Shown here: piece by piece, positions 23,301 through 33,500 of the stretch | How the letters are laid out: every line of letters begins with the position of its first letter | How positions within the stretch are numbered: the stretch's first letter is position 1 | Made by a program: the position numbers and the translations under genes | The notes under the pieces: generated by a model | Databases searched by the model: none | Seen by the model: only the letters and a program-made list of their open reading frames with translations | What the model was told of the DNA's origin: nothing | Source of the DNA: Narcine bancroftii | Lineage: Eukaryota | Reading direction: 5' to 3' | Length of the DNA stretch: 64,000 nucleotides | NCBI RefSeq assembly: GCF_036971445.1 | Contig: NC_091480.1 | Span: 5,766,001-5,830,000 of the forward strand

Positions 23301-26213
23301 GGAAGAGAAGACAAAGGAGGAAAAAGGTGAAGGCCTTACCTGTCCGAAGAGGCCCGCTGCGGAGAGAGAAACCCGCTCCCTCAGGTCGGTAAATAATGGA
23401 CTACAAAAATGGCTCGCAGAGCCGAGCAAAAGTGTGCAACCGCGCATGCGCGAAACTTCGCGCATGCGCGATGCGAATGAAAAAAAACACACCGACGGGA
23501 GGGGGGACCAGCTGGGGAGTCGATCTCCACAGCCGGCAACGACAGCTGCAGAACACCTGCAGCAAGAAGAGACCACAGAAGACAATAGAAACAAGAAAGA
23601 AGAGGAGGAAAGGGCAACAAAGAAACAACAGATGGTCAACCCAGAGGAAGAGGAAGAGGAAGAGTATGGTGAAATAGAAGAAGAAAAGATAGGCAAGGTA
23701 AAGGATATACTTGCTCTTATTAAAGGATACATGGAGTCATTTAAAGAATGGCAAACACAGGAATTTAAGGATTTAAGAAAAAGAATAAACAACACAGAAG
23801 AGAAAATAAATAAAATGGAGATGACCTTAACAGAAATGGGAAAGAAAATGGACAAGATGGAAGAGCGGGCAGTAGCAGCAGAAATGGAGGTAGAAGACTT
23901 AAAAAAGAAATTGGAGAAATCTAATAAAAAAACTAAAGAGACACAAGAACTACTAGCTCAAAAAATAGATACAATGGAAAACCATAACAGAAGAAATAAC
24001 ATAAAGATAGTGGGCCTTAAGGAAGATGAAGAAGGCAAGAATATGAGGGAGTTTATAAAAGAGTGGATCCCTAAGACCCTAGGATGTCCAGAACTACAGC
24101 ATGAAATGGAAATAGAAAGGGCACATAGAGTATTGGCCTCTAAACCACAACCACAACAAAAACCAAGATCTATTGTAGTAAAATTCCTAAGATATACTAC
24201 AAGAGAAAAGGTACTGGACAAGACAATGGAAAAAGTAAGAGAGGGCAACAAACCACTGGAGTATAAAGGGCAAAAAATCTTCATTTATCCAGATATAAGT
24301 TTTGAACTCCTAAAGAAGAGAAAAGAGTTCAATACAGCAAAGGCGATTTTATGGAAGAAAAGGTATAAATTTATACTAAAGCATCCAGCGGTATTGAAAA
24401 TATTTATTCCAGGACAACAAAACAGACTATTCTCGGATCCAGAAGAAGCACGAAAATTTGCAGAACAATTACAAAAATAGACTGAGGGAGGAAGACGGGT
24501 AATGAGAGTTAAAATGATCACGACTGATATGTATGTGGGTAAAGACAAAAATAGACTGAGGGATGAAGACGGGTAATGAGAGTAAAAATGATCACGATTG
24601 ATATGTATGCAGGTAAAGAGGTATAAGAGTGAATAGAGACAATGAGCATACATGAATGTATCTGTACTTAGAGGAAAATATAGATAGTATAGACAAGAAT
24701 TAATAAGGGAAGGTAATGGAATAGAGAGAATAAGGAGGGAATTAAAAGAGGGACCTTTGTGACATATGAAAAGTGAAATCTTTTCTGGGGGAGGCGGGGT
24801 GGGGGGAAATAGCGGTCACTGCAAAATCAGTTGACGCTTGCGAGTGGATTCGCAAATCCAAATGGAGAGGGGAGATGTGGTTGTCCGACAAGGGATAAAG
24901 GACAACTCAGGAGGTGAAGGGGAGATTGGGGATAAATAAGATAGAAATAGGAGAATAAGGAAAATGTTAGATGTTGTAGGAATGTTGTCTTATAAAGAGT
25001 TGAAAATAAGAAAACAGAAATGGAAAAGGAGGAAAGGTAATGATGGAAAAACGGAAAGAGAAGATAAACAAAATATAAAAGGGCTACGCTGAACTATATG
25101 TCTTTAAATATTAATGGAATACATAACCAAATTAAAAGGAAGAAACTACCAAATTTAAATGAATAAATGTATTCCATTAGAAAAAATAACATATTGGTTA
25201 AGAAATAATATTGAAATATTCGAACAAGTATAGGAGCCTTACATTAAATACAATAGCGAAAACCTACCGGGGACAAACATTACCTAAGTTGATGGAAGGA
25301 GAAGGAAAGAAAAGAATGGACTCAGTAGAATTTCTGGTGTAATTTTGTTGAATGACAACATTGTCTGACTGGCTTAATGCAACCTAGATTGTATACCTAA
25401 AATGGATGAGAGGGGGGGGTGGGGGGGTGGTTTGGGAGGAAAGGGGAGGGGAGAAAAAGTCACTGTATATGTGTGAAAAAGAAATAGTGTATATCATGGC
25501 TAATGTGATTTATGGTGTGAAAAATAAAAAAATTAAAAAAAAAAAAAATGGGGTTAAAATCACATTATTTTTTTTTTGGACATTCAGCACAGTAGCAGGC
25601 TCTTCCTGTCCATGAGCTCGTGCTGCCCAATTACACCTAATTGACCTACAACTCCCAGTATGTTTTGAAGGGGAGAGGGAAACCAGAGCACAGGAAGAAC
25701 ATACAAACTCCCTACAGACAGTGTGGGATTCAAACGCTGATCACTGGCACTGTTACAGCATTGTGCTAACCACTTTACTAACCGTTCTGCAACACAGCAA
25801 ATCCATTTTGCACCTCAACACAGTTGGGCTTTAAGCCACACTCCAGTATTTTCAAAGTTGTCATCATTGAGATTAGTTATTGTTTATTTCAGTTTTACTT
25901 CATGACCCAAATTTAAATTTATCCGCTGTGTAAAGGAGTGCATTCACATCATCAAATTGAGGCCCCCTGATGACAGTCCTCTAACTTAACTTCCCCTATT
26001 ATGGTCAAAGATGACCAACATTGAATGAGTGCAAGGATTTAGAAAATTGCAGAGGCAGAGGGGTAAAACTATAGAAGGAATTGAAAAAAGAGGCTTACCT
26101 TCACTCTTTTCTGTTTCTTTATTATCCAATGAATTAAATACATTTGTGGATCCTAACTTTCTCCTCTTAACCTGCCAGAAAATGTCTGGTATCTGGTTTC
26201 TTTTCCTGTTCAT
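11352..26213 (-). CDS. STK19: STK19/WHR1 winged-helix DNA/RNA-binding repair factor, complete CDS, 262 aa
   Basis: Six coding exons, all GT-AG and phase-consistent (789 nt): 26099-26213, 21201-21346, 18231-18466, 16217-16314, 14446-14593, 11352-11397. Motifs LFPRKLFDDSLPPIVLKHQLYS, QLVNAGVLTVRDIGSWWLAIPGAGRFVKYFVKG, YHVHDIIGA and CIPTTSGTLLRL match STK19. Probable non-coding exon ends at 26763 (GAG/GTAGGT on minus). AATAAA on minus at 11059-11064. Confidence 0.96.
11690..12060 (+). mobile_element. Unclassified interspersed non-coding repeat (copies near 12510-12810, 19350-19580, 34225-34330 minus, 42330-42720 minus, 51250-51460)
   Basis: Shared GGATCTGGAGCTC...CTGAAGGGACTCTCTT core. Several copies end in CATGACAATAAAA. 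Confidence 0.65.
13833..14124. mobile_element. Fold-back Penelope-like (PLE) non-autonomous insertion with 14-bp TSD
   Basis: Two inverted copies of the AATGCTGGAGAAACTCAGCAGGTC... repeat. TSD AAATCAGAAAATGT at 13819-13832 and 14125-14138. Confidence 0.75.
14953..15090. repeat. 46-bp tandem triplication inside a Rex-type fragment
   Basis: CCATCATCCCTCTACAGGTGTATCACTGAAGGCATCCTGTCATGGT starts at 14953, 14999 and 15045. Confidence 0.9.
16410..17370 (+). mobile_element. CR1 LINE 3' fragment (other degenerate CR1 pieces near 18650-19020, 21395-21770, 21855-22130, 40845-41150, 49510-49900)
   Basis: KKWQMKYNIGKCMVMHFGRRN and a CR1-type 3' UTR. Confidence 0.8.
16642..16812. mobile_element. hAT-type MITE with 8-bp TSD (second copy ~22703-22859)
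   Basis: TIR CAGGGGTGGCCAA / TTGGCCACCCCTG. TSD CCCTAAAG at 16634-16641 and 16813-16820. Confidence 0.88.
23257..24480 (+). CDS. L1-type ORF1 protein (coiled coil, RRM, CTD), 407-aa open frame; true start may be a later Met
   Basis: Coiled-coil region, then ENHNRRNNIKIVGLKE, EIERAHRV, PRSIVVKFLRY and KIFIYPDIS.ELLKKRKEF, which are typical of L1 ORF1p. Confidence 0.88.
   Translation: MATKKEKSKATVRREEEKTKEEKGEGLTCPKRPAAERETRSLRSVNNGLQKWLAEPSKSVQPRMRETSRMRDANEKKHTDGRGDQLGSRSPQPATTAAEHLQQEETTEDNRNKKEEEERATKKQQMVNPEEEEEEEYGEIEEEKIGKVKDILALIKGYMESFKEWQTQEFKDLRKRINNTEEKINKMEMTLTEMGKKMDKMEERAVAAEMEVEDLKKKLEKSNKKTKETQELLAQKIDTMENHNRRNNIKIVGLKEDEEGKNMREFIKEWIPKTLGCPELQHEMEIERAHRVLASKPQPQQKPRSIVVKFLRYTTREKVLDKTMEKVREGNKPLEYKGQKIFIYPDISFELLKKRKEFNTAKAILWKKRYKFILKHPAVLKIFIPGQQNRLFSDPEEARKFAEQLQK
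24471..24618. repeat. 74-bp tandem duplication at the ORF1 stop / inter-ORF spacer
   Basis: ACAAAAATAGACTGAGGGA.GAAGACGGGTAATGAGAGT...GGTAAAG starts at 24471 and 24545. Confidence 0.85.
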
Positions 26214-26469
26214 TTCTGTAACAAAAAAAAATATTGGCAATTGGAACACCACATTGTCATCTCATCCAGGGGGAAAAAAAATCATGCTGATGATGTAGAC
26301 CCATGAGAGCAGGAAACGGAGACATAGTACTGTTCCACTGAATCCAGCTGCCCTGTTAAAGGAGCAGATGATATCTTTTAAATTAAAATCCTATAACTGC
26401 AGGGACTGTGCCAAGATGGTGACGCCTGAGTTCAGCAGTGGCCATGAGGGGCTGCAGACTCTCTCCCTC

Positions 26470-26617
26470 CCCCCGACCCATGGCCCGAGTCTATGCAGCC
26501 CCCCCCCCCTCATGGCCCATCTATGCAGCCCCCCTTCCTCCCCCCTCCCATGGCCCATCTATGCAGCCCCCCTCCCTCCCCCCTCCCATGGCCCGAGTCG
26601 ATGCACCCCCCCCCCCG
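26470..26617. repeat. Short C-rich tandem repeat in STK19 first intron
   Basis: About four CATGGCCC(ATC/GAGTC)TATGCAGCCCCCC units. Confidence 0.8.
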
Positions 26618-26762
26618 GGTCAGTTCAGCCAGATTAGGGTGGCCAGGCGACGGGATCTTCACACTCAGGCCCCCTGGGGGGGCGTGGAGCAACGTTGACG
26701 GATAGTCGCCGCCCGGGACCTAAGCTCCCTCCTTCCCTCCTTCCCTCCCCACCGAGACCTAC

Positions 26763-27389
26763 CTCGCTCGGCCGCCGCACCGAGTGACGCACTCGCTCGC
26801 ACCGCGGCAGCTGACGTAAACTCTCCGTGGCGCCCGACGCATAGGGATGACGTTGACCGGTGTCTTCAAACAGGGCCGCGAAGTCCGACAGACAGAATTG
26901 AGTCATTAGCGTCGAGGTACATCACAAATGAGCTTTAATCGCGGAGTGGGCACCTGTTCACCCTCCCCCCCCGTGACTCAACTATGTATAGAGCACGGGC
27001 TCTTTGTTTTAGGTTGGATAATGTGTCATTAGAATGTTCTCGAATCAATTTACCGCCTGTTGTGGACGCTCTGTCCAGACGGATGTTGGGGACGGACCGG
27101 TTTCCGGTATCGCCCCGCTCTGGCTCTGGGCCCAGAGTCGCTGCCGTCGTTTGGTCACCTACGCGATAGCAAAGGTCCGGCGTATTGAAAGGGGCCCGGG
27201 TATTTCTGTGAGAGAAGGTGGGCGTCGAGCGTTACCTGAGACCGCCATCTGTGCTCAGGCGGGAGTCAAACCTGAGGCAACAGGTAGTCCGTTCACAAGA
27301 TCCTTCCGGCTCGGGAATTGGAGAAGGTGCCCCGTTCCAGGAGGGGTGGGAAAGAGTGAGGGGCATCACTGGCACCAAGGCACTCTGAG
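26763..27389. promoter_or_regulatory. CpG-island bidirectional promoter with first exons of STK19 (-) and DXO (+)
   Basis: CpG-dense region bounded by outward-facing splice donors (26763 on minus, 27389 on plus). TGACG CRE half-sites near 26785, 26812 and 26848, TGACTCA near 26974, TTTCCGGT near 27101. Confidence 0.75.
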
Positions 27390-27441
27390 GTAAGGTGGTA
27401 AAGTTGAGGGGTTCGCTTAGGGTGCACTTCCAACTTCCCAA

Positions 27442-28096
27442 GGCGCCCCTTGGCAGGGCCAGGCAGCCACGCTGGGCGCCCCTTGGCAGGGCCAGGCAGC
27501 CACGCTGGGCGCCCCTTGGCAGGGCCAGGCAGCCACGCTGGGCGCCCCTTGGCAGGGCCAGGCAGCCACGCTGGGCGCCCCTTGGCAGGGCCAGGCAGCC
27601 ACGCTGGGCGCCCCTTGGCAGGGCCAGGCAGCCACGCTGGGCGCCCCTTGGCAGGGCCAGGCAGCCACGCTGGGCGCCCCTTGGCAGGGCCAGGCAGCCA
27701 CGCTGGGCGCCCCTTGGCAGGGCCAGGCAGCCACGCTGGGCGCCCCTTGGCAGGGCCAGGCAGCCACGCTGGGCGCCCCTTGGCAGGGCCAGGCAGCCAC
27801 GCTGGGCGCCCCTTGGCAGGGCCAGGCAGCCACGCTGGGCGCCCCTTGGCAGGGCCAGGCAGCCACGCTGGGCGCCCCTTGGCAGGGCCAGGCAGCCACG
27901 CTGGGCGCCCCTTGGCAGGGCCAGGCAGCCACGCTGGGCGCCCCTTGGCAGGGCCAGGCAGCCACGCTGGGCGCCCCTTGGCAGGGCCAGGCAGCCACGC
28001 TGGGCGCCCCTTGGCAGGGCCAGGCAGCCACGCTGGGCGCCCCTTGGCAGGGCCAGGCAGCCACGCTGGGCGCCCCTTGGCAGGGCCAGGCAGCCA
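27442..28096. repeat. Perfect 33-bp GC-rich minisatellite, ~20 copies, DXO first intron
   Basis: Unit GGCGCCCCTTGGCAGGGCCAGGCAGCCACGCTG, period 33, no variants seen. Confidence 0.98.
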
Positions 28097-30561
28097 TTGA
28101 CTGCACTGGGCACTAGGTGGCCATTTCCAAATGTCCAAAATGGAGGACACGTTGGCAGAGGTCCCTCTGAGGTGTACGTGTGTGCACGCGCGCAATGGAA
28201 ATCGTGTGTGCACATGCAGGCACGTGTTTCTTTCCACTCACATACCACTTTAAGTAATCCCAATGCTATTGGTGCTCTGTGATTAGTAAGGGATTGCTTA
28301 AGGTGGTATGTGAGTGGGAAGGGAAGGTTGGGAAGCACTGCTCTCGACCCAATTGTTACTGAAATATTTTGCTTGACAAATTGTCATTGGCCCATTTCCT
28401 TTGGAGTTGTGAAACTGTGCACATAACAAGTCAATTAGGTACAATTAAAACAGTGGTTTTAACCAATCCCTTACTAATCACAGAGCACCTAAGGCATAGG
28501 AAATGCTTTTGCAATAACTGTAATAACATTTATGTGGTTATGACTTAGAATGCAGTTAACAACTCTGTAAGCAGCCCCTATCCAGCTGGTTTGAGACATT
28601 TGATAGCAACTTTTGCTCTTTTGGAAAGAAGCTCTCTGGACAAGTGAGACAGCTGGACAGCCAGTTTTAAAAGACAGCAGAACACTTGGGATGTGATAAT
28701 CCATTCAATGAGTTCCTCATTTCCAATTAGTAAAGACAGAGAGAGAATTCCAGTATTATGGTCATTAAGACAAGATCCAAATATCAGGCTGTGGGTGCAC
28801 AAGAGGAAACCTGGCCGCACATGCTGAAATTAACAGGTAAGTGCCCTTTCTCCTCCTTGATTTGCCCTCCATTTGGGGGTATAGGCCTACACCCCTAAAT
28901 GGAGGACAAATTAATGTCTGACTCACAGTGGTGCTGGACAGAGGGCTTAAATGCTGGACTGTTCACCCTAGATGTCCAGATGTCTGGCCACTTAAGGTTT
29001 GCCTGCCTTCAGCAGTGCAAACACCGAGTACCGCAGCAGGAGGCAGGCTGCTGACTATGTTGCCAGGTGGGTCATTGGGACTAGCAGAATATTGGTTAGC
29101 GCACAATATAGAAGGGCCAAATAGCCTGTTTCTCTGTAGGTTCTGATTCCTGTACTTAGACTGAGCCTGTAGCAGTGGACCTCAGCTGAGGGTGGGGAGC
29201 CCATGAGCTCTCTGACTGGATTAAGATCACACTTTTCAGCTGCACATTCCATTGCTGAATCACTTCATAAACTCTGTTCCCTTATCATGAAAACCATTAG
29301 AGAGCTTGGTGAAACCACACTGGCCATCAACAGGTGACAAGAGTTTTGAGTCTTCCATTTCAAATGACTTGTTCCACCAGCCTCTCTAGACCGTTTCAGA
29401 AACTTATGACATCCAACGTGAATAAAACTGAGCGAGTATCCCTGAACTGAACCAAGACTCTAAACTCTTTTAGAGCCTATATAATCTGAGGTGTTGTTCC
29501 TCAAAGTTGGACAAAAAAAATGAGAAGATATTCAGAATCTTTTTCCCGGGTAAAAATGGAAAATGCTACAGGACGTGCATTTAAAGTGAGAGGGAGAAAG
29601 TTTAAAGAACTGAGTTTTTAATCACCATGAAAGTAAAAACACAATGCTGGAGAAACTCAGCAGTTATGGACAAAATGTGGGCATTTTTGTGTGGGTACCT
29701 GTCCACTTTTTGTCCATACCTTGATAAAAGGCTCAAGGCCAGAATGTTGGTTAAGTATCTTTATCTTTGCTGTATAAAGGACAAAATACAGTGGAAAAAC
29801 TTTGCTTTCCATCCAGGTAAGTCAATCTATATTCACATACTACACTACAAAATAAAACATAGCTGCAGAATAGCAGAGAAAAGGTTCAGTTAATGTTCAG
29901 CCAGCATCATTGTGCAAATGGGAGGTCCGTTCAATGGCTTGAGAACAGCGGGGAAGAAACTGTCGTTGAATTTGGTGTTTTCATGCATGTGTATCTTCTG
30001 CCCTGTAGTTTTTTTTTTTACACAGATTGATGGGTGCCTGGAGTAGGCTGCCAAAACTCGTGGTGGTGACAGTAGCATTTGAGAGTCTTTTAGACAGACA
30101 TGAATGTGCAGGGGATACAGGGATATAGATCATGTGCTGGCAGAAGAGATTTGGTTTAATTTGGCAGGATTTTCAACGCAGACCTTGTGGGCCGAAGGGC
30201 CTGTTCCTGTGCTGCTGGTTTATGTTCTATGTTTTTATTAAAAAACCTTTAAAAATTCATGTCCTGTTTGTGGACCAGAACATTGATGATTACTGTCACT
30301 GAAACTGTTCATACCAAACCTCCATGACTCAACTACTTATTTAACAATAATAGTTATTTATTTTAATATTTGTATACAAGTACTGTGTGTGTCTGTCGAT
30401 ATCTCTCTCTTTTTGTCTCTGTGTGTGTCTCTCTATCGTTTGTGTTAATTCTGTATGTGTGTTTGCAGCGTGTTGCAAAGAGGACTGTACTTGTATAATT
30501 GGATGAACTTGATCTGAATATTTCTTTTTGTTGGTGTGTTGTTTGACCAGGAAGTGAGAGG

Positions 30562-33500
30562 ATGGAGAAGCACTTTGATCGCAGTGGGCAGCCACTCAGG
30601 AGATGCTTTAGACAGAGGGAAGATGATGTTCAGGAATGTCCGAGGAAATTCCAGCTGCTGGGCACAGGTTTGGCACACCAGACCACAGGGGACAAGTGTG
30701 CATGTGTCCTCTCCGTGTTCCCGGACCTGTACGACCTGAAGTTTCCTGACTACAGGCAGCCGGTAGAAATAGGCTGCTTCTCGCTGGACTCTCACCGCTG
30801 CCTGTTTAACGACAACAGACAGCTGAGGTACTGCAACATTCCCTCCAACAAGAAGCTAAATTTTGACCTGCGAGATGGATTTAAAGACCGCTACATAAAG
30901 AGGAACGATGATGTTAAGGAGAAACTGGACAACATCCTGAGGTGGATTTTACTAAACAAACACAAGTTCCTGATGCCAACTGGTGATGAGAGGTCCCCTG
31001 TCATGACAAAGTAAGTTCATGGAATGGTTACACCAGGGAAGATGGTGACACCCAAGAACTTAAATTTGCTCCCCTTCTCCACCTCTGATTTCCCCCAGTG
31101 GATTAAAAACCTCTGGCTTTCCCTTCCTGAAATCAACAATCAGCTCCTTGCTTTTGGTGACATTAAGTGCGAGGTTGTTGTTGCACCATTCAGCCAAGTT
31201 TTCAGTCTCCCTCCTGTACACTGACTCATCCCCTTCCTTTATACAACCCACTACCGTGGTATCGTCAGCAAATTTGTAGATGGTGTTGTTTTCATACTGA
31301 GGCACACAGTCCTATGAGTGGAGGAGGGGGGTAAGAACACAGCCCTGTGGTGCTCCAGTGTTGAAAGAGATTGTGGAAGAGATGTTCTTGCCCATGCTCA
31401 ATGATTATGGTCTAGAGGTGAGGAATTCAGTTTCACAGTGGGGTGTTGGGGCCCTGGTCTGGGAGTTTGCTGATCAGTTTTGAGATGGTGGTGTTAAATA
31501 TCGAACTGTAGTTGATAATGATTATTCTGAACAGCAGGCTGCAATGATGAGGGAATCCTGTAGGAGGAAGTGGGGAAGGTGAGGGACATGTCTGATCATG
31601 TAGGCTCCCTCCTGTGGGTACTGCAGCCTATTTACCAGTACCAATGAGCATGTTGCACAGCCTGTGGTGGGGGGGGGTGTGGAGGCAAAAATTCTCTCAT
31701 GGTTGGTCCAGCACCAAAGCACTGCCTGCAAGGGTCCAAGTGCTGGTCAATGGGATTTACACAAAGGCTCAGAGAATCCACTCTGACCATATGAAAATCC
31801 TGACGGTTCAGCACCCAGCTCACCGGTCACATTTACCAAACTCCTGACGTGGCAGGGTTCTACTTCCCACTCCCATTTAGTTTATCAGGTGCCTGGACCC
31901 ATTATGGTCTCGTGGCCCTGGTCAGCTCTTCACTCCAACAATGACAACTTTAAGAGGTGGTGCTTCAAGAAACCACCCTCTATCCTCAAGGCCCCCACCA
32001 CCCAGGCCATGTCCTCCTCACTCTGCTACCATCAGGAAGGAGGTACAGGGGCCTGAAGACGAGGACCTAATGGGATAGAAACTGCTTCTTCCCCTCCACC
32101 ATCAGATTCCTGAACGGACAATGAACCACAGACACAGCCTCACTTTATTCTCTTTTTTACATCAATTATTTATTTTTAAATAGTGTTATTTATGGAAATG
32201 TAAAGCACAATACTGCTGCTGGAGAACAACAAATCATGTGACCCACATTCATGCAACAAACCTGATTCTGACTGACCAGAGGCATTGGAGCACAAGGCAC
32301 AGGAGCAGAGGTCGGCCACCTTGCCCCTGGGTCTGTTCTGCCGTTTAACAGGAACACGGCTGATGTGGCCATGGATTCAGCTCCACTTACCCGCTTTTTC
32401 CTCATACCCTTAATTTCCCGATGATGCTAAATTCTATCCCTCTGTAGCTTGTATATATTTTGAGTAAGGCAGCCTCTACTGCTTCCTTTGGCAGAATTCC
32501 ATATTTACCACTCCTAGCCAAGGCTCCACTTTGTGGGAGTCCAAGTGTGTGTGTGGATCTGTGTGTTCTTGTCTGTCTGCATATGCTTGATATTGTGTGG
32601 GCCAGTGTGTGTGTGAGAGTGTGCATGCCTGTTTGTATTTTCTGCAATTGTCCCTTTTTCTTTGCAGTCAGCTGCACACACATTTCATCACATGGAGAGG
32701 ACACCTGACAAAAATTCTTACCACCCCTTACGAGAACAGGGATGGCTGGATGATGGCTGTGACGCTGTTTAATGGAACCTATTACATGAGTGAGGTGGAG
32801 ACTGAGAAAGCCAGATGCCAGCGAGAGCAGCGGACTGAACAGCAGGAAGAACTGATGTATGGAGGATACAAGTTTGAGCAGTACTTGTGTGCAGGTCAGA
32901 GACTCATGCAAACACTCACTGCCTTTGGTCAGACCCAAGTTCAGGCCAAAGCATTCAATCAGCAAAAACTAGTTAAGAAAACTTTGCCCAGTGGCTCTGC
33001 CGATGGAGCTACTGCCTGTGAGATCCGGCTTCAGTCCTGACCTCTTGTGCTTTTTTTCGGAGTTTGCACATTCTTCCTGTAACCACATGGGCTTCCCCCC
33101 CTCCCCCATGTCATCTCGTTAAATGAGAAGGTCTGCAGATGCTGGGGTCTAGCAATTAGTTTTTTTGTTTGATACAGGCCACTGAATGCAATTTCTCTCA
33201 ACCTGGGTAATGTTTCAACCTCCCCTGGAGTTGGGGGTGTAAATAATGAAGTCTGAGTCCCTACCCCAGTAGGGGGAAAGTTCATTGATGCCTGCTGTGG
33301 TCAAATTCCTGGCATCCCACCCTCTGTGGCTGTACACAGGAGGGACAGCACGGTTAGCGCAATGCTATTGCGGCGCCAGCGACCCAGGTTTGAATCACAC
33401 TGCCTGTCAGGAGTTTGTACATTCTCCCCATGTCCTGGATGTTCCAGTTTCATCCCACCCTCCAAAACTGGATGGGGTTTGTAGGTTAATTTGGGTGAAA

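Larger units (their letters stand above)
23124..25546 (+). mobile_element. ORF1-only L1 derivative (half-L1-like), both ends present, in STK19 intron, antisense to the gene
   Basis: 15-bp TSD AATGGGGTTAAAATC at 23109-23123 and 25547-25561, poly(A) tail, intact ORF1, ORF2 reduced to fused N- and C-terminal stubs. Confidence 0.9.

Noticed and set aside
23130-23855. 241-aa antisense ORF in the L1 derivative (ORF0-like idea)
   Set aside because: Ser/Phe/Leu-rich mirror of the purine-rich ORF1 strand, with no independent support.
27232-28338. Long ORFs (216-368 aa) on both strands; superficially CRISPR-like periodicity
   Set aside because: Artefact of a stop-free 33-bp unit. There are no spacers, so it is a minisatellite rather than a CRISPR array or gene.
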